The notes beneath the pieces are model-generated. The model saw only the letters and a program-made list of their open reading frames with translations, had not been told where the DNA came from and ran no database searches. The translations under genes and the position numbers were made by a program. A DNA stretch of 64,000 nt. Origin: an uncultured Verrucomicrobiota bacterium. Its GTDB lineage: Bacteria > Verrucomicrobiota > Verrucomicrobiia > Limisphaerales > UBA1412. Within the stretch, counting starts at the first letter, position 1, and each line of letters starts with the position of its first letter. Shown here in pieces: positions 57,382-64,000 of this stretch. The DNA is taken from assembly GCA_944389455.1 (NCBI GenBank), contig CALXMK010000007.1, forward strand, positions 19,637 to 83,636, written 5' to 3'.

Positions 57382-58173
57382 CTATTTAAATATCAGAATT
57401 ACTGCAATAAAGAATGAGATCAGCGCAACTAATAAAATAGGCCAATTGATAATTAATCCGATTTTTATAATTTGTTTCCATGCCAAATTATCTAAATTTG
57501 TAAGAAGATTATGGAAAAAAGAAAGTTTCGAAATAGAATCCGAATCAGATTTTGATTCAGGTTGAAGAGCTGGGATTTTTACTAATGCGGAGTTCCATTC
57601 CGATCTCGCTCTATCAAGTAGAGCTAGAGCTTGAGTAAGTTTATCTACATAGTCCTGATTGAGAGCGTTTTCAGTTCGTGGTTGAAGGTTAAGTTTTTTG
57701 ACTCTATCTAAATGTTCCTCAAAGGATGAAAGAGTCTCGCTTTGTAAAAGATATTCTCTTTTTGAACGAATAATTTCTTCTTTTAAGATAGTTATTCCCC
57801 GTATCAATAAAGTCTCAATTTCGGGTTTCGCAATCCGATATTCAGATTCTCTGCGTTCTGCTTCGTTCAAACGATTTATTTCTTCGCAGATTTTCTTCTC
57901 TTTTTCTTTAAGAGCAATCAATTTTTGAGAGGCTTCTGCACTTGTTTTAAATTCATTTGAGGGGATAATTCTATTGGTTGCCTGGGAATAAGCTGATTGC
58001 ATGTGAGGCTGAACAATAGTAGTGGTCTGTGCAGATGATGCAGAAGTTGTTTGAGGTATATTATTTGCACTAGTTTTGGGCAAAGGAGTAGTTCCTTTTA
58101 TGCTATGTTTTTCCGGAGTTCTTTGATAGGAAGAGAACTCCGGAAGATCAGGATTATCTGATTGTAAAGGCAT
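57382..58173 (-). CDS. Hypothetical coiled-coil protein with C-terminal TM anchor
   Basis: Disordered P/T/S/Q-rich N-terminus, helical core, terminal hydrophobic helix. Confidence 0.72.
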   Translation of the reverse strand: MPLQSDNPDLPEFSSYQRTPEKHSIKGTTPLPKTSANNIPQTTSASSAQTTTIVQPHMQSAYSQATNRIIPSNEFKTSAEASQKLIALKEKEKKICEEINRLNEAERRESEYRIAKPEIETLLIRGITILKEEIIRSKREYLLQSETLSSFEEHLDRVKKLNLQPRTENALNQDYVDKLTQALALLDRARSEWNSALVKIPALQPESKSDSDSISKLSFFHNLLTNLDNLAWKQIIKIGLIINWPILLVALISFFIAVILIFK

Positions 58174-58188
58174 ATTTCCTAGAAAAAG

Positions 58189-59286
58189 CTAAAAGACAGT
58201 TTTAATTTCATCCCCCATGCTGATTCCCATCGATCGGGCGATTACTACCATGTCATCATCTGGTTGGACTAATCTTAATTTTCCGATAGCTTCTGAAATT
58301 TTGATACTGCAAATATGGGGTGGTTTAGAAGATACCATATAACCAAATTTCCCTTCTTTTACAAGAGAAACAGCTTTGGCACCAAAGGCTGTACAAAGAA
58401 CTCTATCCAGAGAAGTTGGACCCCCTCCTCTCTGTAAATGACCAAGAACGCATACTCGACATTCTTTGCCGGTTCTTTTAGCGATCTCCTCGGCTACTTT
58501 ATTTCCTATTCCTCCTAAGCGTGCTTCACGATTTTTTTCATCGGAACTTATAAGTGAGACAGACCCACCTTGTTCATAGGCTCCTTCGGATACAGCAATT
58601 AAAGTGAAATGTTTGCCGATAATTTCTCTAGATCTAATTTGAGCACATATGCTTTCATAGTTAAATGGGATTTCAGGCAGTAGGATCACATCTGCTCCAC
58701 CTGATACTCCTGCCCAAAGTGTGATCCATCCAGCGTATCTCCCCATCAGTTCAAGAACCATGACACGATTATGACTTTCGGCAGATGTATGTAGTCTGTC
58801 CAATGCATCCATGGCACAGCTTACTGCAGAGTCAAAACCGAAGGTCATAGCTGTTCCAACTAAATCGTTATCAATAGTTTTAGGGATACCAACTAGAGGA
58901 ATACCGGCTTCAAAAAGTTGTTGAGCAATTGTTAAAGAACCATCTCCTCCGGCACAGATAAGAGCTTTAAGGTTAAGTTCCTTAAAGTTTTTGATGGAAT
59001 CTTTAACAACATTAGGATCTAAATTTCCTATTTGTCCAACCCCAGTTTTAACGGCAAAGCGGCCTTTATTGGATGTGCCAAGCACCGTGCCACCGAGATT
59101 TAAAAGGTAGTCCATCCTTTTGTAATCCAAAGTTTGATAGTCTTTATCTAAAAGTCCTTCAAATCCACCGTGGAAACCAATTGTTTCCCAACCTAGTTTA
59201 GTCGCAGATTTGACTACTGCGCGGATGACAGCATTTAAGCCTGGACAATCTCCACCACTAGTTAATATTCCTATTCTTTCGTTCAT
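58189..59286 (-). CDS. pfkA: 6-phosphofructokinase (PfkA family)
   Basis: TSGGDCPGLN, GGTVLGTS, GGDGS, PKTIDND, MGRYAGW, LGHLQRGG. Confidence 0.95.
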   Translation of the reverse strand: MNERIGILTSGGDCPGLNAVIRAVVKSATKLGWETIGFHGGFEGLLDKDYQTLDYKRMDYLLNLGGTVLGTSNKGRFAVKTGVGQIGNLDPNVVKDSIKNFKELNLKALICAGGDGSLTIAQQLFEAGIPLVGIPKTIDNDLVGTAMTFGFDSAVSCAMDALDRLHTSAESHNRVMVLELMGRYAGWITLWAGVSGGADVILLPEIPFNYESICAQIRSREIIGKHFTLIAVSEGAYEQGGSVSLISSDEKNREARLGGIGNKVAEEIAKRTGKECRVCVLGHLQRGGGPTSLDRVLCTAFGAKAVSLVKEGKFGYMVSSKPPHICSIKISEAIGKLRLVQPDDDMVVIARSMGISMGDEIKTVF

Positions 59287-59411
59287 ATATTACTTCTTTT
59301 AGACGAGGAATGGACACAATCCTGCCCAAAGAGAATCTAACGAAATTAGTTAGAAAAAAACAATACAAAAACTTTGAGTATCTGTTTAAAAGTCATTTTT
59401 TGTCAATGCGA

Positions 59412-62400
59412 TCATTTTATTGTTCTATACATCAGGATCGGAAAATCGTTTTTGAGTAAATAAGGTGAAACTGCATCAGGAATATTTTCCCAATGAATTA
59501 GATTAGTACTGCATTGAAGATTACCGGTAAACACAAGATAAAAATTTCCGTTTTCGTTCTGAAGCAGAACTTCTGGAGGGAATTCTTGCTTTGGATTATA
59601 AAAAATATCGGTTCCCTGTTCGTAGTTTATAGCGGCTTCTTCCTCAGAAATTGTTCCTTGGTAAATTCTAAATTCATCGAAATCCCCACAAAAATAGGGA
59701 TCTGCTGCAAATTGAGATTTACCGATCCACATATTGGGGCAACCACCAAATTGAGTTGGATTGAATTCTTGAAAATCTTCTCCAGCTTTATTGCCGTCAA
59801 TATAAATGGTACCTAGTTGAGTAGCACTGTCATATGTATAAATGATATGGTGAAATACGCCGTCTCCTATTGGAAGGGAAGCTGCAGATACAATTTGTTC
59901 AATATTATTCACACGAACTCCATTTCGCATATCACCATTATCCGAGGCCCAAGTCATCATACTGTACTGTAGCCCTTCCACAATTTGTCCATCACTTTCC
60001 CTACAGTTGCCAAAGTCAAATAGACGCATCCAACTGCCTTTGTTTTTATTGGCTCTCACCCACATTTCAACAGTAAAAGAGTCAAAGTTACTGATTAAAT
60101 CCGGGGGAAGAGCGACAAAAGATCCTTCTGTATAAGATTTCTGATCGCCTTCTCCATCTAGTGATAAGATGTTTCTGGAAACAGAGTTTTCAGTTATTTC
60201 AGAAAGCTTGGCATTCCCATATAGAGTTCCATGGGCTTCTGATATTGAATCAAATATGATAAGAGTATTATCTAAGAACGCCGGGGAAAAATTGTAACGA
60301 TGTTTGAGGGTAGCATTTTTATATTTTATTATCTCTTTTACAGTTAATTGAATATGCTTGCTCGAAATTTCTCCATATTTATTAGCGATTTTTACATAAT
60401 AATATCCGGAATTACTGATTGCAGCAGGATCAATTGTCAGTGTGGCGTTTGTTTCTCCAAAGAGAGGAGAATTGTTTTTATGCCATTGGTATGTTAAAGG
60501 TTGGATTCCTGAAGCCTTTACAGAGAAGATAGCTGTGCTCCCTTCGTAGGTTGCTATATCCTCACTAATAGATTCAATGAAAGGTTTTCGACTATCAGGA
60601 ATAATGTCTGTTCCAGCAAGATAATTTTTGTGGATTTCATCAGCTAAGAGGGTGCCGCTGTAAATACGAAATTCATCGAAATCTCCGGCGAAATACGGAT
60701 CAGCACCCCACAATGATTTGCCTATCCACATATTGGTCATAGAACCGAATTGAGAAGGAGAAAATCTTTGTAGACCACTTGCTGCTTCAATTCCGTTTGT
60801 ATAGAGAGTCCCCATTTTATTATTTCCATCATATACATAGACAATATGGTAAAAATTTCCATCTCCAATTGGAAGTAGAGGGGCAGTGAGTTGATCTTCT
60901 TCATTTTCAATTCTTACTCCGCTGCAGAGGTAGTGATCGTGTCCTTTCCATGCAAGCATAGTATAATTATGACCAGTATCGATATTACCATTTGAGTGTG
61001 TATTGCAATTGCCAAAATCAAATAGTCTCATCCAATTTCCTTTATCTTCATTAGCTCTTGCCCACATTTCAATACTATATGAATGATATGGACTAATTAG
61101 ATTTGGAGGCAATGCAACAAAGGAGCCATTTGTAAAGGAATAGGTATCACCTATGCCATCAAGTCTTAGATAACCATTTTGTATATAAGCAGATCCATAA
61201 AGTTTTCCGTTTGCTTGGTTGATAGAGTCATATGCAATGAGCTGATCTTCGACAAAATTTTCATTGAAGCTGTAACGATGAAGCAGTATGGCATTTTTAA
61301 AAATGGGAAGAGGTTCTATTGTTAAAAGTATTTCGTTACTGCTAATAGTTCCCTTCAGATTGGAAAGAGTAACAGTATAGACTCCTTCATCCTCTAATGA
61401 AGCACATTCGATTGAGTAATAAGAATTGGTGGCATCCGGAATTGGAATTTCGTCTTTATACCATTGATATTTTATGGGAAGGGAGCTGGAGGCTATGATT
61501 TCTAATAAAATAGGTTTACCTTCTGTAACGGATAGATTTTTAGGGGAGGAGATAATTTCGGGAAGGAAAATGACTGGAGGATCGTCTTCTCCATTTATGC
61601 CAGTTCCAGGAGTGCCACCTATAAACAAACTTTGTTTCCAATTTTCAGGAGTACTCCATAAGGACATGGCAGAAGCCGGATCTATTACAGTAAGAGAATA
61701 TCCCTGGCGGTCTGTGGAAGGATACCAACTGTTGCTGTAGGTATAAGTAAGGATTACTTCTCCAATATTGTTGCAGAGGGTAATGGTTTCACCTTTTCTC
61801 GATAAGTTGGACTTATATTCTCCACGAATATATATATCATTGCTATTGGGATAGCGTTTTGCAAATGCTTCTGTATTTTTAACTAAAACAAGATATTCAC
61901 CAGCTCTCAGAGGAGTATCAGGGAATATATAGTCGATTCCTGAAGTAAATCGACACCCTTTTAAGTTGATGGATTCTTCTCCACAGTTTCTAAATTCAAT
62001 CCATGCGAAATCATCTTGAGTATATCCCTCAGCAGATTCTTCCTCAGAAAGATTAGCTGAGTACATCATTTCTGTAATTCTTAGTTTTGAACAATCATAA
62101 TTATCATTTTCTCTCGGATTAAATTCACTTAGAGCACTCCAGACTCCATTATTAAGAGTTCTGGCCATTAGATGAGTATCGTCAGATAGGATAATTGAGC
62201 CTGTTTTCCAATGAGTAGGATCTTTTTGAGCGGTAATGGAAATATCGAATCCAGAGTTGCTGTCAGTATCAATTGTGACAAGATTTCTCCCTTGACGTAA
62301 GGTATTAAGTGGAATTTTCCCAGGAGTCGTAATAATCCCGTTGATCGAAATGGTTCCTATTCCTTTAATTACAGATAGAGTTGCAGATTTTATATCATCT

Positions 62401-64000
62401 ATTGTATCTAACACAAATGACTTACGCAGGTAACAATGAGAGGAAGTAAATCCCAAGGCTGGCTTTTTGATTTCCCATTGGTAGTCATTATAGAGGCGAT
62501 CTGTCCAGTAGACTTCAGAGTAATTCCTCTGGGGATCTGGAGGCACATTACTAGGATAGCATTTCCATTCAGAATCTGGTGAGATGAGAGTAATTTCTTC
62601 AGACGTTTTGGAAATCGTTTGCATATGAAGTTCCAGAGCTGCTGAATTCAATCCCCCGCCTGGCAGGCGAGGGTCACTTCCATTACGAGTGTAATAAACA
62701 GGTGAATCGGCTTTTATTATAGCAATGTTATTCTGCAGTTCTATAGACGGAGGATTAATATCAGGATACCAATTGTATTTTTTTAAGAGAGAAATCATCT
62801 CATATTCACGGCCTACTAAGAAAGCGTCTGTAACAAGGTGTAATGCTGATTTCCATGTTTCATAAGTATATCCACCTCCAAATTGATTTCCCCAGCGAGC
62901 AGATTCAGCAACAATAGGGTTGTCTAATTTCTTTTCGCGTGAATTCCATCTGTTAATGACATTAGTGAATGAAAGAGCTCCATTATTGAGATAATGTTTG
63001 GTTGCTCTATCAATAAATTTGTAATAGTACTCTGGATGATTTATGAGTCTTCTATGTAGATCCATTGGATTAAAATCTTCCCATCTAGACCAATAAGAGG
63101 AATTTTTGAAATAGTCGATAGAGTCTTCAATTCCTAGATGTGCTCCCAAAGTTAATTCTGCATCATGTTTTAACCATTTAAATCCCTCTGGCGCAGAACG
63201 ATGATAAACAGCGCTTACATTATTTACTACATTAATCCAAGAGAGGGGGGAATCCATATCTGCTGTATAGAGGGTAAGGAGGATATAATCAATTAGATTT
63301 TCCTCATCTAGCAGAATAGGGAGTTCTTCATTCAATGTTCCATCCGGATTCATGCCTTTTACTTTCCAATAGTTGTTTTCATTCATTCCGCTGAATCCCT
63401 GAAGAGCATATTGATAAAATTGTTTATATGCATCTTCAGTGCCATCTTTAATTTCAATAACTCGCTGACTGGAAGATTTGAGAGCATCCCATTCTTCGCT
63501 TGTGCCGCCTAGATATGATGAGGCAAAATCCGCTTCAGCGCGTTCTTGTGTCATATAAAGTCCCCAATAGACCCCATTGATATAGACATGATGATAGCGG
63601 CTTCGGGTGTAAAGATTTCCCATGTCTCCCTGAGAATCTCTTGCAAATACTTCACGGATAAAAGTGTTTTGCCAGGGAGAATCAACGTTGGAAGACCAGG
63701 CGTTATTTTGTTCTGTTCTCAGATCGATCTTACTGAATGTGCTGACTCCTTCGGATTCGAAAAGAGGGAAGTTTAAATTCCCCTCATATTTTGAACCGAA
63801 GATTAGCCGCAGTGATTTTTTAGGAGAGGCTCGTCCAACGGCACCGCGAATACGAACTCCTGCATTAATTTCAAAATTAGTATTACTTTTAGGGTCAATG
63901 TATTCCACAGAAATAGGGCGTTCCCATTGTTCTCCAGATTGATTATAGTTATCGAAGATACCGGTTTGACCATATAAATTGGAAGAATCGGTTGAAAGAG
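59412..64000 (-). CDS. Very large surface protein, 5'-truncated by window edge: CotH-like kinase, lamin-tail domain, two Ig-LamG modules, C-terminal tail
   Basis: Frame is open from 63998 (LSTDSSNLYGQTGIFDNYNQSGEQWERPISVEY), so the track start 63908 (GTG) is internal. CotH-like INGVYWGLYMTQER and WLKHDAE; LTD-like ITEMMY..WIEFRN; duplicated Ig-LamG. Confidence 0.85.
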   Translation of the reverse strand, partial: LSTDSSNLYGQTGIFDNYNQSGEQWERPISVEYIDPKSNTNFEINAGVRIRGAVGRASPKKSLRLIFGSKYEGNLNFPLFESEGVSTFSKIDLRTEQNNAWSSNVDSPWQNTFIREVFARDSQGDMGNLYTRSRYHHVYINGVYWGLYMTQERAEADFASSYLGGTSEEWDALKSSSQRVIEIKDGTEDAYKQFYQYALQGFSGMNENNYWKVKGMNPDGTLNEELPILLDEENLIDYILLTLYTADMDSPLSWINVVNNVSAVYHRSAPEGFKWLKHDAELTLGAHLGIEDSIDYFKNSSYWSRWEDFNPMDLHRRLINHPEYYYKFIDRATKHYLNNGALSFTNVINRWNSREKKLDNPIVAESARWGNQFGGGYTYETWKSALHLVTDAFLVGREYEMISLLKKYNWYPDINPPSIELQNNIAIIKADSPVYYTRNGSDPRLPGGGLNSAALELHMQTISKTSEEITLISPDSEWKCYPSNVPPDPQRNYSEVYWTDRLYNDYQWEIKKPALGFTSSHCYLRKSFVLDTIDDIKSATLSVIKGIGTISINGIITTPGKIPLNTLRQGRNLVTIDTDSNSGFDISITAQKDPTHWKTGSIILSDDTHLMARTLNNGVWSALSEFNPRENDNYDCSKLRITEMMYSANLSEEESAEGYTQDDFAWIEFRNCGEESINLKGCRFTSGIDYIFPDTPLRAGEYLVLVKNTEAFAKRYPNSNDIYIRGEYKSNLSRKGETITLCNNIGEVILTYTYSNSWYPSTDRQGYSLTVIDPASAMSLWSTPENWKQSLFIGGTPGTGINGEDDPPVIFLPEIISSPKNLSVTEGKPILLEIIASSSLPIKYQWYKDEIPIPDATNSYYSIECASLEDEGVYTVTLSNLKGTISSNEILLTIEPLPIFKNAILLHRYSFNENFVEDQLIAYDSINQANGKLYGSAYIQNGYLRLDGIGDTYSFTNGSFVALPPNLISPYHSYSIEMWARANEDKGNWMRLFDFGNCNTHSNGNIDTGHNYTMLAWKGHDHYLCSGVRIENEEDQLTAPLLPIGDGNFYHIVYVYDGNNKMGTLYTNGIEAASGLQRFSPSQFGSMTNMWIGKSLWGADPYFAGDFDEFRIYSGTLLADEIHKNYLAGTDIIPDSRKPFIESISEDIATYEGSTAIFSVKASGIQPLTYQWHKNNSPLFGETNATLTIDPAAISNSGYYYVKIANKYGEISSKHIQLTVKEIIKYKNATLKHRYNFSPAFLDNTLIIFDSISEAHGTLYGNAKLSEITENSVSRNILSLDGEGDQKSYTEGSFVALPPDLISNFDSFTVEMWVRANKNKGSWMRLFDFGNCRESDGQIVEGLQYSMMTWASDNGDMRNGVRVNNIEQIVSAASLPIGDGVFHHIIYTYDSATQLGTIYIDGNKAGEDFQEFNPTQFGGCPNMWIGKSQFAADPYFCGDFDEFRIYQGTISEEEAAINYEQGTDIFYNPKQEFPPEVLLQNENGNFYLVFTGNLQCSTNLIHWENIPDAVSPYLLKNDFPILMYRTIK

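Noticed and set aside
58189-59286. PPi-dependent Pfk assignment
   Set aside because: GGDG rather than GGDD favours ATP use, although PKTIDND has Lys; donor cannot be settled from sequence.
63906-63908. GTG 63908 as start of the CotH protein
   Set aside because: Frame remains open to the window edge with family-like sequence, so the true start is outside.
1-64000. Other 60-150 aa track ORFs overlapping larger genes (e.g. 6234..6482, 7360..7686, 32608..32835, 47796..48221, 51763..52206)
   Set aside because: They overlap well-supported genes in another frame or strand and show no recognisable motifs.
1-64000. tRNA, rRNA, CRISPR arrays, transposases, prophage or defence genes
   Set aside because: No cloverleaf, repeat-spacer periodicity or diagnostic protein motifs seen in any intergenic gap or ORF; by-eye only.

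Overview
AT-rich (roughly mid-30s % GC by eye) bacterial chromosome window, mostly housekeeping genes. Gene types suggest Verrucomicrobiota (Ig/LamG surface proteins, hisB with insertions, LptC/LptA-like fusion, lptB-hprK junction); this assignment is inference. Contents: argA-fabD-fabG-acpP-fabF, hisB, an ECF sigma/anti-sigma trio, galK-galT, tadA, uvrC, paaK-like/ACT, exbB-exbD-tonB-like cluster, fprA, cmk-plsC, ilvN, addB-like, dusB, kdsA-kdsC-lptC/A-lptB-hprK, a two-component pair and pfkA. Both ends are cut inside very large Ig/LamG surface-type proteins; the left one (1..2700, minus strand) is absent from the supplied ORF track. I recognised no tRNA, rRNA, CRISPR array, transposase or prophage. 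Best leads: (1) a gapless 44-aa C-terminal tail shared by an S8 protease and a CotH-kinase protein, a candidate sorting/anchoring signal; (2) a VTC-DUF4956-polyprenol-phosphate glycosyltransferase operon behind a sigma54-type motif, with a similar motif before a DUF3616-like gene; (3) an ORF-free, heavily structured intergenic element (candidate sRNA) behind a third sigma54-like motif; (4) a triple-hairpin element between acpP and fabF. All calls are by-eye motif recognition; no searches or folding programs were run.
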